The position numbers and the translations under genes are program-made. This document shows positions 33,340-45,830 of a DNA stretch of 64,000 bases, piece by piece. Position 1 is the first letter of the stretch; each line of letters opens with the position of its first letter. The DNA is from Eledone cirrhosa (lineage: Eukaryota): the NCBI GenBank assembly GCA_964016885.1, contig OZ024743.1:271870001-271934000 (forward strand). The letters run 5' to 3'. The notes beneath the pieces were generated by a model, which saw only the letters and a list, made by a program, of their open reading frames with translations, searched no databases and was not told the DNA's origin.

Positions 33340-34080
33340 AAGGGCGGTGGATTGACAGTATCGGTGGAGGGTCGGACGTCATGCTTTCCAGCATAGTTAC
33401 GTCCCTTTACGATCTGAGTTCAAATCCCGCCGAGGTTGATAATGCACTGGGTAATTGCTGGCCTTGTGCCTAAAGTAGAAACAATTATTGTTATTATAAA
33501 CTCTACAGCCATGGAAGTACCATCAGCCAGGCCAGTTCAAGATGTGAGCAGGGTGATGAAACTGTCCTGCACACACTTGTTGAGTGTCTGAGTATTGCTG
33601 ACCTGTGGGTTTATGTCAAACAGTAGCTGTCATACATAGAATGGATTCAGCTACCAGTGAGCTTTCTTCATGAGTGACTCTCAAGGTCTCCCCCCCCCCC
33701 CTATTTGGAGAATGTTTTTATTTGTTTGATTTTTAAATATTTATTTTTTAGATTTAGTTTTTGGTATAACCTCTTTTTACACACAAAAAAACCGACACTG
33801 TATCATCCTGTGTCGTCTCTACTGTTTGCTTAATGTCAGCCCTGTGTGGCTAATAAAGAAATTATTATTATTATTATTATTGGATTGGCAGTATTGGTAA
33901 AGAGTCAGATGCCATGGTTTGCAGTATAGAGTTACGGCCCTTTATGATCTGAGTTCAGATCCCACTGATGTTAACTTTGCCTTTCATCCCTACGGGGTCG
34001 ATAAAATAAAGTACCAGTAATATACTGTGTATTGCTGGTCTTGTGCCAAAAGTAGAAACAATTATTATTATTATTATTAT
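33340..34080 (+). mobile_element. Cluster: Meta-type SINEs and a diverged L1/Tx1 3' fragment, separated by (ATT)n
   Basis: SINE motifs at 33342-33490 and 33880-34060; 33560-33870 resembles the ORF2 end and UTR of the element at 38813. Confidence 0.65.
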
Positions 34081-34084
34081 TATG

Positions 34085-34470
34085 TCATTTGAAAAGGAAA
34101 ATCAGAGTAGAGAGGGAAGTGCTCTCTTCCCAGCATTTTGTTGAAAGATGGGTGAGAGAAGCAAGAATGGCCCGAGTGAATGGGCCTACTCTGAGTAAAT
34201 TAAAGGTGGAAAACTGGGAGAGGGCACTTGCCTTGGTGGTCAGGGTCACTGTGGCCTTTTACTGGGCTTTCTCCACAAATGTCCCTCCGAAGTCACTATT
34301 GGGGAATTTTTCATTGTTATTTTTTGTTACATCCTCTGTTTTTGTTTTTTACACGCAGAAATGCCCATTTGTACCATCCTGTATTGTCCTGCACTGTCCT
34401 TAATGTCTACTTTATGTAAACCCTTGTGGTTAATAAAGAAATCATTATTATTATTATTATTATTATTATT
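34085..34470 (+). mobile_element. 5'-truncated L1/Tx1 copy (last ~350 bp + (ATT)n)
   Basis: Closely similar to 44372-44798 (HLKRKIRVEREVLSSQHFVERWVREA and the UTR). Confidence 0.9.
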
Positions 34471-34959
34471 GTTATTATTTACTCCTCTCAATGTCAAGGT
34501 ACATACTCTTATTCCTGAGATAGTAGGGAAAGCTAAATCACACTCGGTATCAGAGGTAAATGAATCCAACATTCTCCCATTGTTGATAATGAAGATGAAA
34601 TTGAGGTTTAGGAAGGCTGACAGACTGTTCAAATAGGAGTAGAAAAGGAGAGATGAATGCAAAATAAAAAAAATCTAGCTTTGTCAGAAATCTTCCCCCA
34701 TAAAGAGGTTAAATTCCACCTGCTTTAGTGGAACTCCATTCACATGTAGAGCGCATTGTGCAGGCTTCTTTGAGAAGACCAGTGTCTCAGTCTTTGTGCA
34801 CTTTTCATTCCAACTGTACAGCACTCAGTGTCAAACTATCAAGTGATCCTACACCCACCAGTCATTATACCACTCCCAACTCGGCTGTGCATGTCAATCC
34901 AAGGAAGTTTATGAACAGGAAAGGTGACATACGTACCCTTGGTAGAGTCTGACTCCCAC

Positions 34960-35330
34960 ATTAAACGGTCTTGATTTAGCACTATTTATCTGAACACAAA
35001 TACTAGGACATTCGTATAGAGACATCAGAGCAATAAGAAACTGTCCATCAATCCCATACTCCTGCAGAACCTACCACAGCAGGTCCTATGGAACTCGGTT
35101 GTATGCCTTTTTGAAGTCTACAAAGCAAGAATAAACTTCTTATCAGTACTCCCACAATTGTCAAAGACTTATTGCAGTGTAAATATTTGGTCAGCTGTGT
35201 TGCATCCGGGATAAAAACCACATTGTTCATCTGCTAGCTTGGACACGACAATCTCCCTACATCTCTTTGCCAGACACTTAGCATAGACTTTACCAAGAAA
35301 GCTTCACAAGGAGATCCCTCTATAGTTCAA
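34960..35330 (-). mobile_element. Degenerate RTE RT fragment
   Basis: Reverse strand reads GFIPGCNTADQIFTLQ-like (GFRxGRSTxDQIFTL motif) with disruptions. Confidence 0.5.
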
Positions 35331-36549
35331 TATTTGTATGAACCCAGAAATAAAGGACTGCTACTTCGAGCTTGTGGATGATAGACTGTTTTAAAGACAA
35401 AGGAAATATATGAAGAGATAAAATACTTTTGTCCAGATGTGGGTGTTTTTGTTGATGAGCCCACTAAAGAAATGATTACAGGGGGTCACAGTGACTCCTA
35501 GGAAATATATATTGGATGGTGAGTGAGCAGAAATGTGATTCAACTAATGGATTCCCACCAGTATGTGGCAGGGCAGCCTGAATGTTTTTAAATTGTTATA
35601 TTATATTTTGTGTTCATTATTGAGTGTTTTATAATAATTTCATACTTATTTCATGCTTTATTAAATTAATCTGTTTAATGTATAATGACCTTATCCTGCC
35701 TTTATTTTCATATATGAAACATTGGCAGTATCGGTAGAGGGTCGGACATGCTTTCCAGCATAGTTACATCCCCTTATGATCTGAGTTCAAATCCTACCGA
35801 GGTTAACTTTGCCTTTCATCCTTACGGGGTCGATAAAATAAAGTACCAGTAACATACTGGGTAATTGCTGGCCTTGTGCCAAATGTAGAAACAATTATTA
35901 TTATTATTAGGGCAGTGGATTGGCAGTATTAGTAGAGCATTAGGTAAAATCTTTTGTGGCATTTGTTTGAGCTCTTTAAGGGATTGGCGGTATTGGTAGA
36001 GTGTTGGACAACAGGCTTTGCAGCATATAGTTATGGCCCTCTATTTTCTGAGTTCAAATCTTGCTGGGTTAGCTTTGTATTTCATCCTTACAGTCTTGAT
36101 AAAATATTTCTCCAGTAGTTTCATGCAAGTTTCTATTGCCTCACCTGGCGCATGTGGGTATGTTATCATTGTTGTTATATTAGTATTATTATTAGTTCTT
36201 TTGTAGTTTCATACAGGGTTTCTACTACATCACCTGGTGCATGTCTATGGTTTTGAGGTAGGTGCAGCATTGAGTGTTCTTATTTTGAGGAGATTGGGGG
36301 AGTATAGACTCTTGTGAGTGTACTACATCAGTCTGATGTTGGTCTGGACCTCCCCTTGCTGTTTCTTGTGTTATTTTAGTTTGTTCTATTGTGTATGGTA
36401 TATGTAATGTCAATTGTGTTATTTTATTGGGCATTAATCTTGTGGAGTATATTTTGTGTGAGTTGTATTTACTTTATAAGGTGTTTATCGTATAGGAAGT
36501 GTGTTGTGTGTGAAGTTTGTTCTATTTGAGGGGTGCTATTAAATCAATA

Positions 36550-37050
36550 ATATCTTGTGCAGGATGGGGGATGTTCCAAATAGAACTAGTTTTGGGATAG
36601 TGTATAGTATTGTGAAGCCTGGCAAAGCTTCTATATCTTTGTTCATGTTATTTTTTCATCACATAGCCAGTGTTCCAATTAGTATTGACACTGTTTTACC
36701 CTTCTGCTTCACAATAACAAGATCCTTGTTTGTTTTTTGTAGTTTTTTTTAAATAGTTCTTTTCCACTTCTTTCCAGGCAATATTTTGATGATGTCTATC
36801 AGTGTGAATGTATTTTTTTTCCAATCCTTGATTATTATGTCTGGTTAGTTTGCCTTGATTTCTTTATCAGTTTGGAAGGGAATATTCCAGATGAATGCGG
36901 TCAGATTGTATTTGGGTATTTATCTTGTCCATGTTCATGTTAAAGTGCTGGTGCATATTTTTTTAATATTTAAGAATGAAAATATGAATTATGCAAATTA
37001 GACCTGTTCTCTATTTTTGTTATATCTCATGGGTATACAGGGCTTTGGTT
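36550..37050 (-). mobile_element. R4/Dong-like RLE LINE 3' fragment
   Basis: Reverse strand WNIPFQTDKEIKAN*PDIIIKD, the RLE N(R)PD motif region. Confidence 0.6.
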
Positions 37051-37347
37051 GTATGTTTCTTTGTGTATTGGGAAGGATGTAGAAAGTTGTTGTGGAAGAT
37101 CTCAAAAAAAGATTGAAACTCATGTCAAGCTGTGCTTTTTCTGTCTATGGAGAAATATGTAAATAAGATTTTGCATACTTAAATATAAAAAAATAACTTT
37201 GAGTTCAAATCCTGCCAAAGTTAGCTTTGCCTTTCATCCTTACAAGGTCAATAAAATAAAGTACCAGTAATACACTGATACTTTATTTAACTTTCCCTTT
37301 CCAAAAAATTGTTGTCCTTCTGTCTAAATCAGAAACCATTATTATTA

Positions 37348-38026
37348 TCTATATATATAAAACTGAGGATGTCTGTCTGTGTGTGTGTGAGTTTGAATCC
37401 CTAAACCTCGAGAACCACCCAACCGACTGTTTTCAAACTTTACACATGAAATACTTATGTTTCAGGGAGTGTTCTGAGCAAAAGAAATTTCAAATTTTCA
37501 ATGCCCTAGGGACCGCATTAGGCGATTTAGCGATCTCTCTCTATAATTCTTAGTCTTTCTCTTTTTAGATAGATACATACATATAACATCGCGCCCTTAT
37601 AATATCTGTCTGTATGTCTGACTGTCTGCATTACGTCACTTCCCACAATTCCCTCTCCATCCAGGACGCGCCCTTATAATATCTGTATGTATGTATGGCT
37701 GCCTGCTGCCAGCATTAGGTGAAAAAAATTTTCAGCTTTTTAGGGCTTTTTGGAGGCGATACGTCTAGCTGATTTTCCAGAAATTTCAAGGCATGTTATG
37801 CACATAAAAAAAATTCATTTTCTTGATCCCCTAGGGCCCACATTAGGTGAAAACCTGCATTTTTCCTGCTTCATCGAGGAAAATCTTAAAGATTATCCAG
37901 CCATCAGAGTATTCGGTTTATTTTCTTTACATATTGTCCAGGCATACAGTTTTTCCACGATTAGATCTGTTGGCGGCCCGCTTTCAAAAATACCTTATCC
38001 CGTGCAACGCCGGGTATCACTGCTAG
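37348..38026 (+). mobile_element. Non-autonomous Helitron (679 bp)
   Basis: A|TCTATATATATAAAACT... 5' end; subterminal hairpin cccgtgcaacgccggg; CTAG|T 3' end; inserted at an AT in a SINE (ATT)n tail with no TSD. Confidence 0.85.
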
Positions 38027-38552
38027 TTATTACTATTATTATTAGCAACAACAGCAATACATTTGCTGCTGCCACATCTAAGAACAATGTTTGGCCCAGG
38101 AATGGAACATAATCAAACGTGAAAAACCCTGGGCACACCTAAATGTCCACTTTACCAAATTTTCTTAACTATTATTAATAATGATTTACATTGGAACAAC
38201 TACAATTCAAATTTCAAATTTTCTCAATTTTTTCTAAGTCGACCAGATGCTCATAATCTAAATTGTATGTTTATTACTTTATTTATCAATTTCACATGTG
38301 AATAATGATGGTAATTATAATGATAATATGCCAATAATGAGGTAGATTCTGATAATTATCCTAATTATTGTAGAAATTACAATCACAATTATTTTCTTCT
38401 CAATTACTATCACAATTATTTTCTTCTCTATATGCAGTATTTCATTGTGCATCTGCTAGTATTTGGATTATTAGATATCAAGCTTAGGTATCTAGCAACT
38501 ATTATTAGTAATACACTGGGTAATTGCTGGCCTTGTGCCAAAAGTAGAAACA

Positions 38553-38583
<31 letters not shown>

Positions 38584-38761
38584 GGGTGGGTGATTGGCCG
38601 TATTAGAAGGGTGTCAGACAACATGCATTGCAGCATATAGTTTATGATCTGAGTTCAAATCCTGCTGAAGTTAACTTTGCATTTCATCTTTACAGGATCG
38701 ATAAAATAAAGCACCAGTAATACACTGGGTAATTGCTGGCCTTGTGTCAAAAGTAGAAACA

Positions 38762-38812
<51 letters not shown>

Positions 38813-39020
38813 GGCGACCTACGTAGTAAATCGTATCATCGTGAGCTCCGCAAAGGTTTGTTATTTCCGTTTGTTAAAAATTGTCATTTATGGAAAATTT
38901 TATTGTTAACTGTTTATAAGCGCACATACATTGTTTTCCGAAAAGGACACCCAAAAAGATTGGGGCCTTGTGCCCAAAATTTAAACTTTTATTATTATCA
39001 AAAAATTTCTTTGAAAAAAA

Positions 39021-41041
39021 ATGGCTAATTCACCTCTGTACGAAGCAGCTGAAAGCCTTTCTCACAAATTAACACCTCACACCGACACCACCATTGTAAA
39101 TGTTACTACGTTTGCCAACACAAAAAAAATATAAGCACTAGCAATATTTTAAATTTGTCTCAGGCAGACATTCATTTCCCGCCATTACCAATGACTGCAG
39201 GTGTTAAAGCCTCCACCACCACCACCACCACCGCGACAACCACCACCCCCACCACCACCGCGACAACCACCACCCCCACCACCACCGCGACAACAGAAAC
39301 AAAAGAAGAAAAAAATAAATTAACTCGTGATGTCGAAATGAAATCAAGCAAAATGGACTCTTCCCCACCAAAGACGACTGACGTCACCACCACCACAACT
39401 GAAACTTAAATTAATATTAACACAAATAACGATAGCAACAACAATGACATTATAAAACCGGCCCTCAGTTTCGCCAGAGTAGCAAAACAATTCGAAGCAT
39501 TTACGGTAACTCAGGAGGATTTAGAAAATGCCAAACAAATGGTAAAGAAAGATGGGTACAGGATCAGCCTCACCCCCCCACACACCTAATAAAATGGAGC
39601 ATCGGCGCCTATGCACCGTGTCGTATAGAACAATAAATGTAAAATCGCGCCGAGTGGAACGGGCATCCGAATCCCAAATCCAAAAAGCTTTGGGACATGT
39701 GTGGGCAAGAAAAACCCACATCAGACGTGGGCAAAAGTATGGAACCGTGGACGTGTTCTTTGAAACACCAGAGGAGGCTAGAGAACACTCCATGGCCCCA
39801 TTAAAAAGTGACGACTTTACACTCGTCCCAAGCTATTGTGGCCAGAGACTCGTAAAGATCAGGGTGACCCACGTTCCACCGGCCATCGAAATTCCCTGGC
39901 TAATAGCGGCCGTCCTCGCCGGCATCGAAGCCAACACGAAAATAATAGCAATAGCAAAAGAAAAGCAGGAAAACTGGTCCGGATCTGGGATGGAGCTCCT
40001 GATCCAAGCGGACCAAAAAAGCATTGAGGAGATCCCAGAGGTAATAGACCTCACTGACGGCAGCCACCTCACGGTAATTGTCGAGGGCAGAAGACCTAGG
40101 TGTGTCGTTTGTGGTGAAGGAACCCACCTAAGGGCTTTCTGCCCTCAGGCTAAAAGGTTGAGGCCACCTCTCCTACCCACCCCAGTGACACAACCATCAA
40201 CACCACCAGTAGCAGAGATGGCAGCAACAACTGTAGCAGCAACAACAGAAGCAACTATAACAGCAACAACCCCAGCAACAGTAGCAAAACCAACACCACC
40301 ACCACCACCAGCAAAACCAACACCACCACCACCCAACGCTTCAGAACTAGCACCAGCGCCTACACCATCCACCATGCCACAACCAAAACTAACGGCTGTG
40401 GATGATTTTCCACTCCCCGGCCTATCACAACTGGAGACAGATTGTGACGACGAGGAGTGGGAAACGATATCCGGAAAAAAAAAAGAAACCAAAAAAGAAA
40501 AAATTCTCTTCCTTCCCCCTCCAAAAACAAAATACAGAGGGAAACAAATAAATTAAGAAACAAAAAAGTTAGGACAGATATGCCACCATCCACACCAGCA
40601 TCAACAACCCCATCAACCCAAACACCAACACCATCACCATCATTAACCCCAACACCACCATCACCTACACCACAAAAGTCACCAAAATGCGAAACAGAAA
40701 CAAACCCACAACAAACGCAAACAAAACAAAACAACCAAAACGATACACACTACACAGCATTAAATTTGAACAACAAGCAATTATTACACTACATCCAACA
40801 CAACACCAGCATCACAGAAAAAGACTACACAACAACCCCAAAATTCACACCACCTCCACACATACAAATCACTCGCATCACACAGAAAACGTACATGACA
40901 CTAAAACAAAAATTCCCCAAAGACATCGGAGACTTCCGACAAGCACTCTCCAGGAGGATTTATAAGGACATCCTTCCTGAGGAGGCCACAAGCAGTGAAA
41001 AGGATGGAAAAACCGTCCTTCCCCTACGAGAAGTAAGATAA
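39021..41041 (+). pseudogene. L1/Tx1 ORF1 (gag-like, CCHC zinc knuckle), broken into pieces
   Basis: CVVCGEGTHLRAFC (CX2CX4HX4C); Thr/Pro-rich linkers; frame breaks lie mainly at homopolymer runs (~39122, ~39573, ~40475), plus a stop at 39409. Confidence 0.75.
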
Positions 41042-41075
41042 GTGGTCTTTCCCATCTTTTCCACTCCTTTTCAAC

Positions 41076-44000
41076 ATGACCTCACTCAGAATAGGCAGCA
41101 TAAATGCGCGTGGCTTGGGGTCGTCATGGAAGCAGGGCCACCTGCTCAACGACCTCAGGTCACTAAACATAGATGTAGTGGCCATCAGCGAGACCAGAAT
41201 CTCCGAAGCACAGGCTTTCGCACCGATCTTCGGCGGCTACGATGTGTACGCATCTCCCAGCCGTCCGGGATCGGGGGGAGGAGTTGCTGTGCTCTTTCGG
41301 AGAGGTTTGGATCTTGCCATACGGGCCATCTTCCTGGACCCAGAAGGTAAGTTGGTGGTGCTGGACGTGACCAGCGGAGACGGCCAAGCTTTCAGGTTAG
41401 TGGCCGTCTATGCCCCGACAGGAGCAGGGCGGCCTGATTTCTTCCGGCGTCTGGAGACCTTTCTTGGAACGTCCCGCTCTTTAGTGTTAGTGGGCGACTG
41501 GAACGGGATCTTAGATGCACGCTGGGATTGTGTGGGATTAGTGGATAGGGAAGGAGGGTGCAAGAGTCTCACCAACCTGCTCAGACGTTTTGAACTGTCT
41601 GACAGGTACCGAATGGATTTCCCGAATGTACCAATGTGGACTTGGACAAATCGGATAGGGTCATCCAGATCATATCTAGATAGAGTATTTTGTAGGGAAA
41701 TAGATAGGTCTAGCATAGGCTGTCCACAATTCAAGATAGTCAGCTACACGGACCACAAATTCGTGATCTGTGTGCTTGACTTAGATAGGCTTCATAGACG
41801 AGGACCCGGCTACTGGAAGCTAAACGCGTCCTTACCAGCGCTCAAGGCCTACAGAGACCGGATTAGCGAACTAGTTAAGCGGGCGTTGATGGGGGCCATC
41901 GTCAACAACAAGTGGTGGTTTGCTCTGAAAAGAGCAATTAGAATAGAGTCCATTAGGTTTAGTACGGCTTTAGCTATAGAGAAAAATAGAGCAGAGGGAG
42001 AACTAGTTAGAAAATTAGATGAGGCGCTTAGCAAAGGCATTGCGACCGACGTGCTTGCGGCGAAATTGGCCCTTGACCAATTCTTCAATGCAAAGCACGA
42101 AGGCTGCGTTGTCAGAGCTAGGGTGCGTGCTCTCAGACACGAGGGGACGAAAGCCGTTCAATGGGCCCGAGTGGCGGAGGCGCGTCGTGGCAACAAAGCC
42201 ACGATCCGGTCTTTGGTGGACCACGACGGGCGCATGCTACTCGATCCCGGGAAAATGTGTGAAGCTTTTCAGCGACACTTCGCTCAACTGTTCGGGGGCA
42301 GTGGCGGGCCGGATCGAGGGATGGACTTTAGTGTCTACCTCGACGGACTGCCGCGGCTTTCGGCCACTGAGGCGGAGTGTTGCGAAAAGCCGATAACAGC
42401 CGCTGAAGTACGGGATGCAATGACTAGTTGCACAAGGGGTAAATCGCCTGGTTTGGATGGTCTGCCCTATGAACTTTACGTACAAATGCCAAACTTGTTC
42501 GGAGGCCTCTTGGCGGACGTCTACTGCAACTGGCAACAGAACGGGAGAATTCCCAGCTCTGTGAGCCGAGGAGCGGTGGCGCTGCTGAGAAAGGATCCGA
42601 ACAAGGGGGATAACATAGATAATTTTAGGCCCATAACTCTGCTAAACACAGAGTTCAAGATTTTGGCCAAGGTGCTAGCAAAGAGGTTGGCGCTTGTCGT
42701 TGGTGGTCTGGTGGGAGAGGCACAGACATGCGCCATTCCCGACAGATCCATCCACGACAACCTCCACCTCATGCGATACATCGTAGAGAGGGTAGCTAAG
42801 GAACCTGGCACGGGTGGGTCTTTGATCAATTTAGATCAGTCGAAAGCCTTCGATAGGGTCGACCATCGTTACCTAGCGGCAGTCCTGAGGGCGGCTGGCT
42901 TTGGGCCCGTCTTCAGAGGCTGGATCGCTGCCATGCACAGCGACATCTGCTCTGTAGTGAGAGTGAAGGGTCACCTTTCGGAACCGTTCAACATCATGCG
43001 CTCGGTCCGCCAAGGATGTCCCCTCTCGTCCCTATTGTACGTATTGACTCTCGAGCCATTACTGCACAAACTGGAGACGTTGAGGGAGGTCCCGCGCGAA
43101 CTAGGATGCGGAAGATCCGTGTCAGCATATGCCGACGATGTCACCGTAGTGGTGTCGAACGCCAAACACATCGAGGCGATCGGCACTACACTAAGAGAAT
43201 ACGAAGCGGTGACAGGAGCAATGATCAACCAGGAAAAGTCAGTGGGCCTGCAGCTCGGCACCTGCAGAGGCAGGTCCATGCCGTCCAACAGCGTCGTCGG
43301 GCGCTGGACGGACGGACCGGTTAAATTGCTAGGGGTCTGGTTCGGTCCAGACCTCCAGACGGACAAAAACTGGGACGAGGTGACGAGCAGGGTGGCTTCT
43401 CTCACCCATAAATGGGCCGAGATGAAGCTATCCCTGAAAGGTCGAGCGGAGGTGGCGAATGCGTACATCGCATCCGTCATCTACTACCGCCTGACCGTCG
43501 TACCTTGTCCTAAGCCCCGCCTGACAGCGCTGGAGCGTTTGCTCTTTCGCTTCTTGTGGAAGGGACGCGCTCCGATGGTCAGGCGGTCCATCTGCTGTCA
43601 ACACCCGCTACGTGGAGGGCTGGGCATGCCGTGGCTGATGATGCGCAGACACGCGCTCAGGCTACGACATCTCCACCTCTTCCTCGACGGTGATCAGGTG
43701 TGGTCGCCGTTTGCAAGACACGTTTTTCCCCAGCTCGTCTCCTTGACGGAGCTGCAGTCCTGGGTCAAGCGAAGACCGAGAGGGAGCGCTTGGAGACTGG
43801 AATGTCTTCAGGCGCTCACAGCCCTCGACCAATCGGGCAATGTGATCGGTGGAAACTCCACCTTGGCGTTCTATAGAGGATTAGTGGAGGGGAAGAGCGA
43901 CGACGTACTTGGAGAAACTCTAGGCGTCGACGAAAATCAACTAGCCAATCTCTTCGGAAGGACTTTCGGGCCGGGGCCTATGGACAACTTCCAGAAATCC

Positions 44001-44495
44001 CTGGCCTGGCAGTGCTACCGAGGAGCTTTGCCAGTTCGGGATAAACTCTACAGGCATGGAGGTGCCGTCAGCCGGGCATGTCCGAGATGCGCGCAGGGCG
44101 ACGAAACCGTCCTGCACGCACTCGTCCAGTGTCCGAGCATTGCTGACTTGTGGGTTTATGTCGAACACCTGCTGTCACGTGTAGGACCTATCCAGCTATC
44201 AGCTGAGTCCATCGTGAGGATTGCCCCGCCCCCTTCCTTTAGCCTGGAAGGGCAGGCAGTTTTTATCTGTCTGGTGGCCATGGCGAAAGAGATAGTATGG
44301 TGGACACGTTTGAAAGGGCTGAAGACGAGCACTTACCTCTTCGGTGATGCCCTGATTAACTTTTTCAAATTTCATTTGAAAAGGAAAGTCAGGGTAGAGA
44401 GGGAAGTGCTCTCTTCCCAGCATTTTGTTGAAAGATGGGTGAGAGAAGCAAGTATGGCCCGAATGAATGGGCCTTCTCTGAGTATGTGTCTGTAA
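41076..44495 (+). CDS. L1/Tx1 ORF2: APE endonuclease + reverse transcriptase + C-terminal Cys-His motif (1139 aa, intact)
   Basis: SINARGL, ISET, VYAP, VGDWN, SYLDR, TDH (APE); KSPGLDG, FRPITLLN, DQSKAFDRV, RQGCPLS, YADD (RT); CPRC..DETVLHALVQC. Confidence 0.95.
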   Translation: MTSLRIGSINARGLGSSWKQGHLLNDLRSLNIDVVAISETRISEAQAFAPIFGGYDVYASPSRPGSGGGVAVLFRRGLDLAIRAIFLDPEGKLVVLDVTSGDGQAFRLVAVYAPTGAGRPDFFRRLETFLGTSRSLVLVGDWNGILDARWDCVGLVDREGGCKSLTNLLRRFELSDRYRMDFPNVPMWTWTNRIGSSRSYLDRVFCREIDRSSIGCPQFKIVSYTDHKFVICVLDLDRLHRRGPGYWKLNASLPALKAYRDRISELVKRALMGAIVNNKWWFALKRAIRIESIRFSTALAIEKNRAEGELVRKLDEALSKGIATDVLAAKLALDQFFNAKHEGCVVRARVRALRHEGTKAVQWARVAEARRGNKATIRSLVDHDGRMLLDPGKMCEAFQRHFAQLFGGSGGPDRGMDFSVYLDGLPRLSATEAECCEKPITAAEVRDAMTSCTRGKSPGLDGLPYELYVQMPNLFGGLLADVYCNWQQNGRIPSSVSRGAVALLRKDPNKGDNIDNFRPITLLNTEFKILAKVLAKRLALVVGGLVGEAQTCAIPDRSIHDNLHLMRYIVERVAKEPGTGGSLINLDQSKAFDRVDHRYLAAVLRAAGFGPVFRGWIAAMHSDICSVVRVKGHLSEPFNIMRSVRQGCPLSSLLYVLTLEPLLHKLETLREVPRELGCGRSVSAYADDVTVVVSNAKHIEAIGTTLREYEAVTGAMINQEKSVGLQLGTCRGRSMPSNSVVGRWTDGPVKLLGVWFGPDLQTDKNWDEVTSRVASLTHKWAEMKLSLKGRAEVANAYIASVIYYRLTVVPCPKPRLTALERLLFRFLWKGRAPMVRRSICCQHPLRGGLGMPWLMMRRHALRLRHLHLFLDGDQVWSPFARHVFPQLVSLTELQSWVKRRPRGSAWRLECLQALTALDQSGNVIGGNSTLAFYRGLVEGKSDDVLGETLGVDENQLANLFGRTFGPGPMDNFQKSLAWQCYRGALPVRDKLYRHGGAVSRACPRCAQGDETVLHALVQCPSIADLWVYVEHLLSRVGPIQLSAESIVRIAPPPSFSLEGQAVFICLVAMAKEIVWWTRLKGLKTSTYLFGDALINFFKFHLKRKVRVEREVLSSQHFVERWVREASMARMNGPSLSMCL

Positions 44496-44736
44496 ATTAA
44501 AGGTGGAAAACTGGGAGAGGGCACTTGCCCTGGTGGTCAGGGCCACTGTGGTCTTTTAATGGGCTTTCTCCACAAATGTCCCTTGGAAGTCTCCCCCCTA
44601 TTGGGGAATTTTTCTTTGTTATTTTATTTCAACCTCTGTTTTTTACACGCAGAAATGGCCATTTGTACCGTCCTGTATTGTCCTGTACTGTCCTTAATGT
44701 CTACTTTATGTGAACCCTTGTGGTTAATAAAGAAAA

Positions 44737-44798
<62 letters not shown>

Positions 44799-45830
44799 GG
44801 GTGGTGTATTGGCAGTATTAGAAGAGTGTCAGACAACATGCATTGCAGCAAATACTTACCTTTATATTCTGAGTTCAAATCCCGCTGAGGTTAGTTTTGC
44901 CTTTCATCCTTACAGGATCGATAAAATAAAGCACCAGTAAGTACTGGGGTCGATTTAATCGACTTTCCCCTACCCTTCAAATTGTTGGCCTTGTACCTAA
45001 AGTAGAAGCAATTATTTGTGAAAAGCAAATAAAAGGATGGAACTAGAAAGGACATCTGGTCATAAATCACTACTTCAAATAAGATCCCATGATGAATTTG
45101 AAGCCTATCATAGGATTAGCAGGGAAAATGGCCTTGAAACATTTTTAGTTCTGGTAGATTTCCAGATTATTTGAGCAACACCTAGAATCCATTGCAGCAT
45201 TTGTTCTGGATGTCTGTGCTCTGAGTTCAAACCCTGCTGGATTTCCTTCTTCTAGAGAAGATAAAATAAAGTACCAGTTAATCGGCTTTTCCTTCCCCAC
45301 AAATTGATGGCCTTGTACCTAAATTAAAAATCATTATTATCTGCATAAGAGGCCGAAGGTTGGCAGTATCGGTAGAGGGTCGGACGCCATGCTTTGACGC
45401 ATAGAGTTACGGCCCTTGCCATTCTGAGTTCAAATCCCGCCGAGGTTAACTTTGCCTTTCATCCTTACGGGGTCGATAAAATAAATTACCAGTAATGCAC
45501 TGGGATAATTGCTGGCCTTGTGCCAAAAGTAGAAACAATTATTATCTGCATAAGAACACTGAATTGGAAGTATTGGTAGACCAGAAAAAAATGCTTTGTG
45601 ATATTTAATTATGACATTCTGAGTTCAAATCCTGCTGAGCATTTGATAGAATGCATTGCAGCATTCATTCTGGCAGTCTGTCCTCTGCGTTCAAATCCTA
45701 CTAAAGTCACCATTGCCTTTCATCTTTCCATAGCTGATAAAATAAAGTACCAGTTAAGTACTGGAGTCGATATAACTGGCTTTCCTCTTCCCCCAAATTG
45801 CTGGCCTTGTGCCTATGTTAGAAAGAATTA
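44799..45830 (+). mobile_element. Cluster of Meta-type tRNA SINEs, including a young copy 45351-45537 with TSD
   Basis: Repeated SINE consensus; direct repeat attattatctgcataaga flanks the 45351 copy. Confidence 0.85.

Larger units (their letters stand above)
38813..44798 (+). mobile_element. Full-length L1/Tx1-clade non-LTR retrotransposon
   Basis: The same 5' end (ggcgacctacgtag...gagctccgcaaagg) is seen in the sister copy; ORF1 + ORF2; AATAAA at 44726; (ATT)n on both sides. Confidence 0.93.

Noticed and set aside
45351-45445. tRNA gene candidates (A and B boxes), here and at many similar sites
   Set aside because: They are SINE heads with extended box spacing, followed by core, tail and TSD. 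I could not fold a cloverleaf.
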